Part shown: positions 9,001 through 16,512 of the stretch, piece by piece | Layout of the letters: every line of letters begins with the position of its first letter | Position numbering within the stretch: the stretch's first letter is position 1 | NCBI GenBank assembly: GCA_965204745.1 | Contig: OZ242010.1 | Span: forward strand, 2,336,001-2,400,000 | DNA from: Candidatus Latescibacterota bacterium | GTDB taxonomy: Bacteria; Latescibacterota; UBA2968 | DNA length: 64,000 nt | Direction: 5' to 3' | The notes under the pieces: model-generated | What the model saw: only the letters and a program-made list of their open reading frames with translations | What the model was told of the DNA's origin: nothing | The model's database searches: none | Translations under genes and position numbers: made by a program

Positions 9001-11653
9001 TTACCGAAACCGGTTGACCACACTTCCGGACGCGCTGTTTGCGAGTCTGGACAGTTTGAAAACCCTGCACCTGAACGACAACATGTTGGCCTCCTTGCCC
9101 GACACGGCGTTTGCCGGGATGGACAGTCTGCAAACCCTGCTGATGGACAACAACCTGTTGACCGCCCTGCCGGATACGGCGTTTTACGACTTGCCGAATT
9201 TGCAAACCCTGCACTTGAACAACAACCGGTTGAGCGCGTTGCCCGACAGCGCGTTCAAGGGGCTGGACAGTTTGCAAACCCTGCGCCTGAATGACAACTC
9301 GTTGACCGCATTGCCCGACAGCGCGTTCAAGGGCTTGCCCCACCTCAAAATCCTATACCTGAACAGCAACTCGTTGACCGCGTTGCCCGATAGCGCGTTT
9401 AAGGGCTTGGACAGTTTGCAAACCCTGCACTTGAACGACAACCGGTTGAGCGCGTTGCCCGATAGCGCGTTCAAGGGGCTGGACAACTTGAAAACCCTGC
9501 GCCTCGACGACAACATGGTGAACGCGCTGCGCGACAGTGCGTTTGCGCGCCTGACCGACCTCCAATCCCTCGACCTCGCGCGCAATGCGTTGAGCACCCT
9601 GCCCCAACGTGCGTTCAATGGCCTGTCCAACCTCCAATCCCTCGACCTCGCGGGCAACTCGTTGAGCACATTGCCCGATAGCGCGTTTGCGGGCCTGACC
9701 AGTCTGAATCGCCTCGATTTGTCCGGCAATACCGAGGCGTTTATCCTAACGCTCAGCGTAGAACGCACGGATAACGCGAGTTTGACCGCCTCGGGACCTG
9801 CCACGCTCAAGGTCAAAGTCGCCCAAGGCGCGCCCTTTGATATGGCCGTTGGTTTGTCGATCACGGGCGGCACCCTGTCGGACGAAAAGGCGACCATAGC
9901 AAAAGGCAGCACGGAAAGCGCGGCGATCACGGTGACGCAGATGGGGGGGAATTTGGCGAGGGTCCGGTTGGGCGTGCCCCCGGGCGTGCCGTCCGGCTAC
10001 GATGGGATTCAAACCGCTGTGGGCGATTCGCTCGTCCTGTTTGGGACGTTGGCAAATCGCGCGCCCGTGGCCACAGGGGCGCTAGGCGATGTGACCGTGG
10101 CCATGGGCAGTTCTGCCGTGACCGTGAATGTGGGGCGCAATTTCAGCGATCCCGACGGCGACGCATTGACCTTTGGCGCGACCGCGAGCGTTCAGGGTTT
10201 GGCAAGCCTGAGCGCGATGGATTCCGTGGTGACGATAACGCCCGTGGCCGCGGGGATTGCCACAGTGACCGTGACGGCCACGGACCCCGATGGCCTGACC
10301 GCGACGCAGACCTTTTCACTGACCATCACGAACGACGCGCCCACCGTGCAGGCGAGCATTGCGGACACGACCGCTTTGGTGAATACGCCATTCACTTATG
10401 CGTTTCCCCAAAACACATTTAACGATGCCAATGGCGATGCGTTGACCTATACGAGCAGCGGGTTGCCGGCATGGCTGACGTTCACCCCCGCGACTCGCAC
10501 CTTCAGCGGCACCCCGAGCGATGCCACGGGTTCGCCCTTTGCCATCGCTGTGGAGGCGAATGACGGCAAGGGCGGGCGCGTGCAAACGACCTTTACCCTA
10601 GCCGTCGCCGCCGGGATTTGTACGCGAACCACCGCGGTCAGAACCGCGTTGCTATCTGTGATCGCTGACGCGGATACCTGCACAGTGGTCACGGCCGCGC
10701 ACTTGGCCGGGGTTGTGGATTCCCTGAACCTGCGCGCGCAGCGCATCGCCACCTTGCAAGCCACGGACTTCGCCGGCCTGTCCAGCCTGACGACCCTCAA
10801 CCTGTACGACAACGACTTGACCAGCTTGCCCGCGGGCGTATTCGACGACCTGTCCAGGTTGCGATTCTTGAGCCTGTACAACAACGGCTTGACCGCGCTT
10901 TCTGCGAGTGTGTTCGACAGCCTGTCCGCCTTGCGATTTTTGAGCTTGGACAGCAACCGCGTGACGTCGCTCCCGGCAAACGCATTTTCAAATCTACCGC
11001 AGTTGCAAACCCTCAGCTTCAGCGGCAACGGCCTGACCGCGCTCTCTGCGGGCGCGCTCGACAGCTTGTCCAATTTGCGCGAACTCTTGCTCGACAACAA
11101 CGCGCTGACATCCCTGCCCGCGGGCGCGCTCGACAGCTTGTCGCAGTTGCAAATCCTCGGCCTGAACGACAATGCCCTGTCCGCCCTTCGCACCGACGCG
11201 TTCGCCAATTTGTCGCACCTGCGCGTCCTGAACCTGAAAAACAACTCGTTGACCGCGCTCCCGAACAGCGTGTTCGCCGGCCTTGACAGCCTGATGCTCT
11301 TGGATTTGTCCGGCAACACGGGCGCGAATTTTACCCTTACGCTCACGCTGGAACGCACGGACAATTCAAACTTGAACGCCGCAGGGCCTGCCACCATCGC
11401 GGTCAAAATCGCCCAAGGCGCGCCGTTCGATATGACCGTTGGCCTAGCCATAACAAATGGCACGCTGACGGACGCGAATGCGATGACCGTTTCACAAGTG
11501 GCGATCCCACGGGGAAGCACGGAAAGCGCGTCCATGACCGCGACGCAAACCGGGATGAATCAAACCGCGATCAGCCTGGGCACCGCGCCCACCGTGCCCG
11601 CGGGCTATCGCGGCATCGCAATCGCAGTGGGCGGTCCACTCGTTCTGTTTTAA
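2..11653 (+). CDS. Giant modular surface protein/adhesin: N-terminal EF-hand/dockerin-like pair, cadherin-like, FN3, 8x Calx-beta + 9x Ig-like modules, 3 LRR cassettes, He_PIG-like Ig. 5' end probably lies before the window
   Basis: Frame is open from position 2 (EDARAAGAV...) through the ORF-track GTG at 26 to TAA 11653. Motifs: DFDGNGVVDFDDF/DLNRDGVIGFRDF; cadherin-like ENxxAGxxVGxPV..D.D; FN3 YDVQYR..W..YEVQVRAxN; Calx-beta TATSGTDY..GTLTF..GDTIDEPNET; 24-aa LRR LxxLxLxxNxLxxLPxxxFxGL. Confidence 0.92.
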   Translation, partial: EDARAAGAVHNPDFDGNGVVDFDDFSLLARMFGMRRGDAGYEDRFDLNRDGVIGFRDFLIFIQHFGQVAPVPVEAIPARQVHVGSDPLRVDVAEYFYDANGDALRYAASSDDEAIASVRVSEAVVAIAPVGVGNATITVTAIDGAALCATQTIAVTVTLFARTPLTRELDENAPAGEPVGDPVSVPGLSGLAYSLTGADADSFDIDARTGQIRTRKGITYDHERDETFSLNVVATTGDDADSIAVTISVMDVNEPPSLPPSNFHVIPGNQSLSVHFHAARDEPGKPPVLGYHAEIRTGEEGDWVNRKTIYGRTNNTAFYADLGQVPRYRDPSLQNGQRYQIRIRTWNAEGESDWAEPVSGVPVYIPPPPIAHVTAPAPFEQDDQARVDLSDVTGQGGRITIAKNALADDAIQSAFATILAVSNFPAIPSQTGFAVSEGGAIFDITLKARLANGEEVDIGGDLRVPVEICLPVPEGISNPVIIHYANAWEMLETQRVDGNAICAHAATFSYYGVGVAFNDVPEFDIFTQPLTIPENTAAGQNVGNPVTATDSDGGTLVYSLEGADAASFDIDAATGQIETKAGVTYNYEAKNSYAVKVKVIDGQGGSATIPVTITLTDVDGEAPGKAAVPSVSMASSTSLTATWTTPANTGPPITDYDVQYRVGNSGAFTDWPHSGTGLTTTITGLTANMSYEVQVRAKNAEGTGAWSNSGGGTTSNLPSLSINSPSVTEGNSSSVTLQFTVTLSPASGQQVTVAYADTLTGTATSGTDYTALTAGTLTFAASETSKTFDLSITGDTIDEPNETVIVKLSSPTNATIATRIGTGTITDDDDTPKVTLVLNPTAINENSGVTTVTATLNRASSQATTITVSAAPGTNAVAADFTVSANKKLTIATGQTTSTGAVTITANDNNRDDPNKEVTVSATANNGQGITAPDNVTLTINDDDGAPALSINSPSVTEGNSGSVTLQFTVTLSPASGQQVTVAYADTLTGTATSGTDYTALTAGTLTFAASETSKTFDLSVTGDTIDEPNETVIVKLSSPTNATIATRTGTGTITDDDDTPKVTLVLNPTAIDENSGVTTVTATLNRASSQATTITVSAAPGTNAVAADFTVSANKKLTIATGQTTSTGAVTITANDNNRDDPNKEVTVSATATNGQGITAPDNVTLTINDDDGAPALSINSPSVTEGNSSSVTLQFTVTLSPASGQQVTVAYADTLTGTATSGTDYTALTAGTLTFAASETSKTFDLSVTGDTIDEPNETVIVKLSSPTNATITTRIGTGTITDDDDTPKVTLVLNPTAINENSGVTTVAATLNRASSQATTITVSAAPGTNAVAADFTVSANKKLTIATGQTTSTGAVTITANDNNRDDPNKEVTVSATANNGQGITAPDNVTLTINDDDGAPALSINSPSVTEGNSGPVTLQFTVMLSPASGQQVTVAYADTLTGTATSGTDYTVLTAGTLTFAASETSKTFDLSVTGDTIDEPNETVIVKLSSPTNATIATRIGTGTITDDDDTPKVTLVLNPTAINENSGVTTVTATLNRASSQATTITVSAAPGTNAVAADFTVSANKKLTIATGQTASTGAVTITANDNNRDDPNKEVTVSATANNGQGITAPDNVTLTINDDDGTPALSINSPSVTEGNSGPVTLQFTVTLSPASGQQVTVAYADTLTGTATSGTDYTALTAGTLTFAASETSKTFDLSITGDTIDEPNETVIVKLSSPTNATIATRTGTGTITDDDDTPKVTLVLNPTAINENSGVTTVTATLNRASSQATTITVSTAPGTNAVASDFTVSANKKLTIATGQTTSTGAVTITANDNNRDDPNKEVTVSATATNGQGITAPDNVTLTINDDDATPKVTLVLNPTAINENSGVTTVTATLNRASSQATTITVSAAPGTNAVAADFTVSANKKLTIATGQTTSTGAVTITANDNNRDDPNKEVTVSATANNGQGITAPDNVTLTINDDDGAPALSINSPSVTEGNIGSVTLQFTVTLSPASGQQVTVAYADTLTGTATSGTDYTALTAGTLTFAASETSKTFDVSITGDTIDEPNETVIVKLSSPTNATITTRIGTGTITDDDDTPKVTLVLTPTAINENSGVTTVTATLNRASSQATTITVSAAPGTNAVAADFTVSANKKLTIATGQTASTGAVTITANDNNRDDPNKEVTVSATANNGQGITAPDNVTLTINDDDGAPALSINSPSVTEGNSGPVTLQFTVTLSPASGQQVTVAYADTLTGTATSGTDYTALTAGTLTFAVSETSKTFDVSITGDTIDEPNETVIVKLSSPTNATIATRIGTGTITDDDDAPKVTLVLNPTAINENSGITTVTATLNRASSQATTITVSAAPGTNAVATDFTVSANKKLTIATGQTTSTGAVTITANDNNRDDPNKEVTVSATANNGQGITAPDNVTLTINDDDGAPALSINSPSVTEGNSGPVTLQFTVTLSPASGQQVTVAYADTLTGTATSGTDYTALTAGTLTFAASETSKTFDLSITGDTIDEPNETVIVKLSSPTNATIATRTGTGTITDDDDTPKVTLVLTPTAINENSGVTTVTATLNRASSQATTITVSAAPGTNAVASDFTVSANKKLTIATGQTASTGAVTIAAVDNYVNAPNKSVTVSATATNGHGITAPDNVTLTIRNDDVMTAGICNRTQAVQSAILASLVNRTLCNEVTTSDLSGITGSLDFRNQSITTLKANDFSGLSSLVTLRIDRNSLTTLPATLFSGLTSLRTLRLNHNQLSTLPSTIFSNLSTVNRLTLNNNSLTTLPATLFSGLTGLTRLELRNNTGAPFTFTLALERTDNTDLTAAGPATIVVKVAEGAPFDMSVTLSVTSGMLSSTTATISKGNLQSGSITLTQSGGNSARISMASAPAVPMDYDGIATAVGNPLVLWAAGICGRTTVVSDAIVAAVDGITDCASITDSHVQAVTGTMDLGNQRINALRAGDFSGLSSLETLWLYDNALSTLPDAVFASLSNLRFLSLYRNRLTTLPDALFASLDSLKTLHLNDNMLASLPDTAFAGMDSLQTLLMDNNLLTALPDTAFYDLPNLQTLHLNNNRLSALPDSAFKGLDSLQTLRLNDNSLTALPDSAFKGLPHLKILYLNSNSLTALPDSAFKGLDSLQTLHLNDNRLSALPDSAFKGLDNLKTLRLDDNMVNALRDSAFARLTDLQSLDLARNALSTLPQRAFNGLSNLQSLDLAGNSLSTLPDSAFAGLTSLNRLDLSGNTEAFILTLSVERTDNASLTASGPATLKVKVAQGAPFDMAVGLSITGGTLSDEKATIAKGSTESAAITVTQMGGNLARVRLGVPPGVPSGYDGIQTAVGDSLVLFGTLANRAPVATGALGDVTVAMGSSAVTVNVGRNFSDPDGDALTFGATASVQGLASLSAMDSVVTITPVAAGIATVTVTATDPDGLTATQTFSLTITNDAPTVQASIADTTALVNTPFTYAFPQNTFNDANGDALTYTSSGLPAWLTFTPATRTFSGTPSDATGSPFAIAVEANDGKGGRVQTTFTLAVAAGICTRTTAVRTALLSVIADADTCTVVTAAHLAGVVDSLNLRAQRIATLQATDFAGLSSLTTLNLYDNDLTSLPAGVFDDLSRLRFLSLYNNGLTALSASVFDSLSALRFLSLDSNRVTSLPANAFSNLPQLQTLSFSGNGLTALSAGALDSLSNLRELLLDNNALTSLPAGALDSLSQLQILGLNDNALSALRTDAFANLSHLRVLNLKNNSLTALPNSVFAGLDSLMLLDLSGNTGANFTLTLTLERTDNSNLNAAGPATIAVKIAQGAPFDMTVGLAITNGTLTDANAMTVSQVAIPRGSTESASMTATQTGMNQTAISLGTAPTVPAGYRGIAIAVGGPLVLF
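2161..7985 (+). repeat. Intragenic tandem array of 687-bp units (Calx-beta module A + Ig-like module B) with one extra 345-bp B module
   Basis: GTCGATCAA(C/T)TC unit starts at 2161, 2848, 3535, 4222, 4909, 5941, 6628, 7315. Spacing is 687 except 1032 (=687+345) between 4909 and 5941. Confidence 0.95.
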
Positions 11654-11739
11654 GTGAATCAGTTGTCAGTTGTCAGTCCCCGCCCCGCCCTACCGCCATT
11701 CGCCATGTTTTGGAAAAGGGGCCTAACCCAAGGAGCACC

Positions 11740-14700
11740 ATGCACACCTACAAATGGATACTTGTCGCAATCGGCGTGCTCGCGCATTCTGCCATGGCGC
11801 AGGATGTGCCGTGGCACTACGATTTTGAAGAGGCGAGTCTGTCGCCCGCGTATCGGGCAGATGCGGGTAGCCGAATCGCGGTTTCCACGCGCCATTACAA
11901 GACGGGCCGCCAATCTTTGGCGTGGACGTGGCAGAATAGTGATCGCCTTTTGTTCACCGATCCCGCGCCCGGGCGCAACACGGCCTTGACCGCATTTCGG
12001 GCATGGGTGTACCTCGAACAGGCAAGCGCGGATTCAACGCTGACGTTTCGGTTTGGAACGGAATCCGAATTGGCGACGAATAATCCGCGCTACCAATTTG
12101 AGTTTGGCATGAATTTTACGGGGTGGCGGGCGATGTGGATCGATCTGCCGCGCGACGCGACCCGTGCGGCTTATACGGGGCCGAATGCCGGGCGGGTGAC
12201 GGCGTTTGATATCGTCGCGCCAAACCAGACGGGTTCTGCGTATCTGGATCTGATGGAACTGGTCGATAGCCGAAGTGTTCGGCGCGCCATCGCCGATGTG
12301 CAGGTACCATTTGTCAATGGCGGCGCCGTGAACAATCGCGAACTCCGCTGGAGTTTGAACGCGTTGCCGAGCGCGTCCGTGCCCGCGGCGATCACGCAGG
12401 CGCAACGGAACGCCTTTGCGACGATTGCCAATCGGTACGAGACGTGGATTTTGGGCAATAATGTGAAAGCGGATATGCGAGAGCCCGTACAGATTCGGCT
12501 CGACTCGCTGACGTCTTTTATCGCACTCGGGCATCGCAATTTCGAGCGGTTCGAGGTAACGCGCACGAGCGACGGCCGGGTTTTGGGCAGGCCCCTGTTT
12601 TCGAGCCGGTCCCCGTACCGCCCGTATTTCAACGAGATTTTTCAGGGGATGTTGTTGTACTTGGCGCTGGATTTTCGCTTGAACAACAACCAACGGGCAA
12701 AAGACCGCGCGTTGGATGTTTTCGACTATCTCAACGATCAAGGCTGGGCCGCGGGCAGCAGCATTGGCACGATGTACCACGAATTTTTGCGCGTGTCCGG
12801 CTATGCCAATTCCGTGTATTTGATGCGCGATACCCTGCGCGCAAGGGGAACGTTGGCGCGGGAACTCCAGACGATTGAGTGGCACAGCATGTTTGGCGAG
12901 ATCTACGATGCGTCTTGGGATCCGGGCACGAACGCGGATTTTTTGCGGTCGGTCGGCCTGTTTCGCCTGCTGCTCATTTTGATGATGGATGATACCCCTG
13001 AAAAAGTGGCAAAGATGCAGCACTACCTCAGGTGGCTCAACAACGCGATAGACATCGCTCCTGGGTGGCTGGACACCATCAAGCCGGATTACACCAGCTT
13101 TCACCACCGAGGCATCTACACCAATGCGTACGGGCAAAACGCGATTCACATGAGCGCGCTGCTGGTGTATTTGTTGCACGACACCCCGTTTGCCGTTGAC
13201 GATGACGGGCGCGACAACGTGAAGAACGCCCTGTTGACTTCGCGGACGATGGCGAATGCGTACGATATTTCCACGGCGATTGGGGGCCGCTTTCCGTTTA
13301 GCACGACCATTGCCAACAGGCTGTTGCCCGCGCAGATGTATATGGCGATGAGCTATACGCCTGTGGATGCCGAATTGGCCGGCGCGTTTATGCACCTTTG
13401 GCGACCGGAATCGCCATTTCTCAAAGTGGAGTTGTTCCCGCGCGTCTCTGTGCGGATCATGTACTTGGATTCGCCTGGCGCGATTCAGATGATGGCGGAT
13501 TTTGCCGCGCGGGGTTACGCTGCTAATCCCGTTTCTGGGCATTGGACCATGCCTTATGGCGCGCTGTCCATCCACCGGCGCGACGAGTGGATGGTGAGCA
13601 TGAAGGGGTGGAGCAAGTACGTCTGGGATTTTGAATCGGACGGCAATTTGAATCGATTCGGGCGCTATTTGAGCTATGGGTCGATGTTGATCTACGCCAC
13701 TGGCGATCCCGCGGGGCGCGTGGCGAGTGGCATTGTGGAAGCGGGGTGGGATTGGAGCATGTGGCCCGGCACGACGGTGATTCGCCTGAACGAGACCGAA
13801 CTCGCAGCCTGGAATAGGGATCGCAATTTTTCGGATGAGACGTTTGTGGGGGGCGTAAATTTGGAGGGCGAAAACGGCGTGTTCGCGCTGAAGTTGCACG
13901 ATACGGAGCACGACGCGAGTTTCAGGGGTATCAAGACCGCGTTTTGTTTTGACGAGGTGTTGGTCTGCCTGGGATCGGGCATCACGAATAGCGACAGCGG
14001 GCACGAGACCGTGACGACGCTGTTTCAAACCGCGATATCGGCAAACCGCGCCACCGTAATAGACGGAGAAGGGATGTTTTCCCTGCCCTACAGTTTTTCG
14101 GGCACGGCCGGGCAAGGCGTTTGGTTGATGGATTCCTCGGGCAATGGGTACGTGCTTCCCGATGGCAATGGCCTCCAAGTGCGGCGCACGCAGAATGAGG
14201 CGGGTGCGTTTGAACTGGCGTGGATCAACCACGGTAGCATGCCGGCAGACAGTACCTATCAATACGCCGTGCTGGTGCAACAACCGCAGGGGCGGGTACG
14301 CCAATTTGCCGCCGCGCCCGAATACGTCGTTTTGCAACGCGATAATCGGGCGCATATCGTACATTATCCAAAAATGAACACGACGGGCTATGCGATGATC
14401 GACGCGGCGGCAAGGCCAATGCAGGGCGAGATCGTCCAAGTGGATATACCGGTTTTGGCAATGACACGCGAAACAGAAGAAGGGCTGTTGCTATCGGTCG
14501 CCGATCCAAATTTTGGCTGGGATTGGATCATTCAAACGCCGCACCGGCAAAGCGGTACGCTGGTCGTCAACCAATCGAGCACCCCGCGCACGGTGACGCT
14601 GACGATGCGCGGGCAGTGGCGGTTGGATGGCACCCAGGCTTTGGCGCGCGTTACCGGCGTGCAAGCCAACCCGGACCGCACGACTGTGGCGTTGACATGT

Positions 14701-14985
14701 CAGGATGGCAAGACCGTGCAGGTGAAACTCATCCGCACGAGTGTCGGGGTCGCGCAGTTGGATTTTAATGGCGACAACGCGATTGACATCAATGATTTTT
14801 TGTTGTTCATCAGCAAGTTTGGCCTCGCCACGGGCGATCCGGGTTTCGAGTCAAAATACGATCTCGATGGCAATGACATCGTGGGGTTCAGCGATTTTGT
14901 GCTCTTTGCCGAGGGCTTTGGCAAACGAGTGCCTTCATCCAAGCCCGTGGCCCTCCGCCCCCTGCCCGGTTGGAGCGATTCATGA
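11740..14985 (+). CDS. Chondroitin ABC lyase-like polysaccharide lyase (PL8) with signal peptide and C-terminal EF-hand/dockerin-like domain
   Basis: AGGAG at 11731 precedes ATG 11740; signal peptide MHTYKWILVAIGVLAHSAMA. Motifs NFTGWRA, DQGWAAGS, KPDYTSFHHRGIY, RYLSYGS, GWDWSMWPGTT typical of chondroitinase ABC; C-terminal DFNGDNAIDINDF..DLDGNDIVGFSDF. Confidence 0.88.
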   Translation: MHTYKWILVAIGVLAHSAMAQDVPWHYDFEEASLSPAYRADAGSRIAVSTRHYKTGRQSLAWTWQNSDRLLFTDPAPGRNTALTAFRAWVYLEQASADSTLTFRFGTESELATNNPRYQFEFGMNFTGWRAMWIDLPRDATRAAYTGPNAGRVTAFDIVAPNQTGSAYLDLMELVDSRSVRRAIADVQVPFVNGGAVNNRELRWSLNALPSASVPAAITQAQRNAFATIANRYETWILGNNVKADMREPVQIRLDSLTSFIALGHRNFERFEVTRTSDGRVLGRPLFSSRSPYRPYFNEIFQGMLLYLALDFRLNNNQRAKDRALDVFDYLNDQGWAAGSSIGTMYHEFLRVSGYANSVYLMRDTLRARGTLARELQTIEWHSMFGEIYDASWDPGTNADFLRSVGLFRLLLILMMDDTPEKVAKMQHYLRWLNNAIDIAPGWLDTIKPDYTSFHHRGIYTNAYGQNAIHMSALLVYLLHDTPFAVDDDGRDNVKNALLTSRTMANAYDISTAIGGRFPFSTTIANRLLPAQMYMAMSYTPVDAELAGAFMHLWRPESPFLKVELFPRVSVRIMYLDSPGAIQMMADFAARGYAANPVSGHWTMPYGALSIHRRDEWMVSMKGWSKYVWDFESDGNLNRFGRYLSYGSMLIYATGDPAGRVASGIVEAGWDWSMWPGTTVIRLNETELAAWNRDRNFSDETFVGGVNLEGENGVFALKLHDTEHDASFRGIKTAFCFDEVLVCLGSGITNSDSGHETVTTLFQTAISANRATVIDGEGMFSLPYSFSGTAGQGVWLMDSSGNGYVLPDGNGLQVRRTQNEAGAFELAWINHGSMPADSTYQYAVLVQQPQGRVRQFAAAPEYVVLQRDNRAHIVHYPKMNTTGYAMIDAAARPMQGEIVQVDIPVLAMTRETEEGLLLSVADPNFGWDWIIQTPHRQSGTLVVNQSSTPRTVTLTMRGQWRLDGTQALARVTGVQANPDRTTVALTCQDGKTVQVKLIRTSVGVAQLDFNGDNAIDINDFLLFISKFGLATGDPGFESKYDLDGNDIVGFSDFVLFAEGFGKRVPSSKPVALRPLPGWSDS

Positions 14986-15605
14986 TCCGATTTCTCATTG
15001 TTATGTTGCTCTGCGCGTCCGCCTCTGTGCGCGCCGAAGACGCGAACGAGGCGATCCTGTTTTTGGGCGACAGCTTGACCGCCGGGTACGGCTTGGACGA
15101 AGCGCGGGCTTTTCCCGCATTGGTGCAGGCGAAGATCGATTCTCTGGGCTGGGCCTTTGAGGTGATCAACGGCGGGTTAAGTGGCGAGACATCCGCAGGC
15201 GGGTTGCGGCGGGTCACCTGGTTGTTGCGCCGCAAGATCGACATTCTGGTGCTGGCACTGGGCGGCAATGACGGCTTGCGCGGCATCCCCACATCCGAAA
15301 TGCAGCAGAACTTGCAGGGTATCATAGACCGCGCCCGCACAACCTATCCCGACGTACAAATCATCCTCGCGGGCATGGAAGCCCCTCCCAATTTGGGCGA
15401 TGCGTACACGGCGGCCTTCCGCACGGTGTTTCCAACCCTCGCAGAGAAAAATCGCATCCCGCTCATCCCCTTTCTGCTCGAAGGCGTGGGCGGCATTGCA
15501 ACCCTGAACCTCCCCGACCGCATCCACCCCAATGCCCAGGGCCATCGCATCATCGCCGAAACCGTGTGGCACGCGCTCAAACCCATTCTCGAAGGCGAGA
15601 GGTGA
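14982..15605 (+). CDS. SGNH/GDSL arylesterase (TesA-like), secreted
   Basis: GDSL block I, NGGLSGETS, LGGNDGLRG, DRIHPN; ATGA overlap with the lyase stop codon. Confidence 0.92.
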   Translation: MIRFLIVMLLCASASVRAEDANEAILFLGDSLTAGYGLDEARAFPALVQAKIDSLGWAFEVINGGLSGETSAGGLRRVTWLLRRKIDILVLALGGNDGLRGIPTSEMQQNLQGIIDRARTTYPDVQIILAGMEAPPNLGDAYTAAFRTVFPTLAEKNRIPLIPFLLEGVGGIATLNLPDRIHPNAQGHRIIAETVWHALKPILEGER

Positions 15606-15656
15606 GAGGCGAGAGGCAAGAGGTGAGAGGCAAGAGGTGAGAGGCAAGAGGTGAGA
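15597..15656. repeat. Heptamer tandem repeat (GAGGTGA/GAGGCAA)
   Basis: About 8 alternating 7-nt units spanning and following the esterase stop codon. Confidence 0.8.
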
Positions 15657-16001
15657 TAGTAGTTTAGCCACAAAAGGCACGAGCGGGGTACAACTGGCGA
15701 TAGCCCGTTCAAAGCACAAAAGGTGAGCAAGATATGTAGGGGCGTCGCCCCCGTGCTCAAAAAAAAATACAAGATGCGAGAGACGAGTTGCGTAGGGACA
15801 CCGTGCCTGTCCGAATAGACGGACAAGGTAGCAGGTCATCAACGAATACGGGATAAACCAACGCACGGGCGGTTGGGCACTTGAGTAGGGCACGCACGCG
15901 GGGCGGTTGGTGGCGGGTGAGGAACGCACACGGCGGGGCAGGGTGAGGTAGGGAACGCACGGGTGGCGGGGTGGCGGGGTGGACTGACAACTGACAACTG
16001 A

Positions 16002-16070
16002 CAATGCGAATTAAGAGTAGAAAGCGAGTAAGAAGCAAGCCGCAACCCATCATCCAAAGACATGAACGAG
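16002..16070. repeat. 69-bp repeat, exact inverted copy of 28606-28674
   Basis: Base-by-base reverse-complement identity. Confidence 0.92.
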
Positions 16071-16172
16071 TCATCCATTGATAGAATCGCCCTTGAATTT
16101 GTCTTAAAACGAACGATGGATGCCCCTCCTCCGGCTCTTCCCCGCAACGGAGAGATGTTATTCCCCTTGTAT

Positions 16173-16240
16173 CTTCCTCGTAGGCACAGGCGTAGCCTAC
16201 AACGAAGCGTAGCGAGTAACAGGGCCAGGGGGTAGGTCCC
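16173..16240 (-). repeat. Partial GGGACCTACCCCC-family REP/MITE end (inverted copy of 28128-28195; direct copy at 60405-60472)
   Basis: 66/68 identity with the reverse complement of 28128-28195. Confidence 0.85.
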
Positions 16241-16246
16241 AATTCC

Positions 16247-16293
16247 AAAAAGTAAAGCCCGAGTTCGCTGTGAACCCGGGCTTTACTTTTTTT
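16247..16293. terminator. Bidirectional intrinsic terminator downstream of giant gene 2 and its mini-ORF
   Basis: AAAAAGTAAAGCCCGAGTTC-gctgt-GAACCCGGGCTTTACTTTTT stem with A/T tracts on both sides. Confidence 0.8.
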
Positions 16294-16305
16294 GTTTTTC
16301 GTCGT

Positions 16306-16512
16306 TCAGCCTGTCGAGCCAAAGTCGGCGGCGAAGATGAGGAAATCGGCAGAATCAATTTGACCATCGCCATCGCCATTGAGATCACACCGAGGGTCAT
16401 ATCGCTCCTGGCCGGGTCGCGAGCCGAACTTGCCGGCAAAGGTCAAGAAGTCGGCGAAATTCACATCGCCATCGCCATCTTCATCTGTGGCGGTCAGGGA
16501 ACAGGCTTTCAT
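16306..16512 (-). CDS. Stand-alone EF-hand/dockerin-like mini-protein (68 aa); may be a pseudogenised tail
   Basis: DEDGDGDVNFADF..RYDPRCDLNGDGDGQIDSADF..FG; ATG overlaps the TGA of the upstream giant gene (ATGA); paralogue at 60542-60730. Confidence 0.6.
   Translation of the reverse strand: MKACSLTATDEDGDGDVNFADFLTFAGKFGSRPGQERYDPRCDLNGDGDGQIDSADFLIFAADFGSTG

Noticed and set aside
12034-14439. 801-aa minus-strand ORF (also 38093-39745, 47125-48612, 55279-56724, 58789-59997)
   Set aside because: Antisense shadows of well-supported genes in GC-rich DNA, with no recognisable motifs
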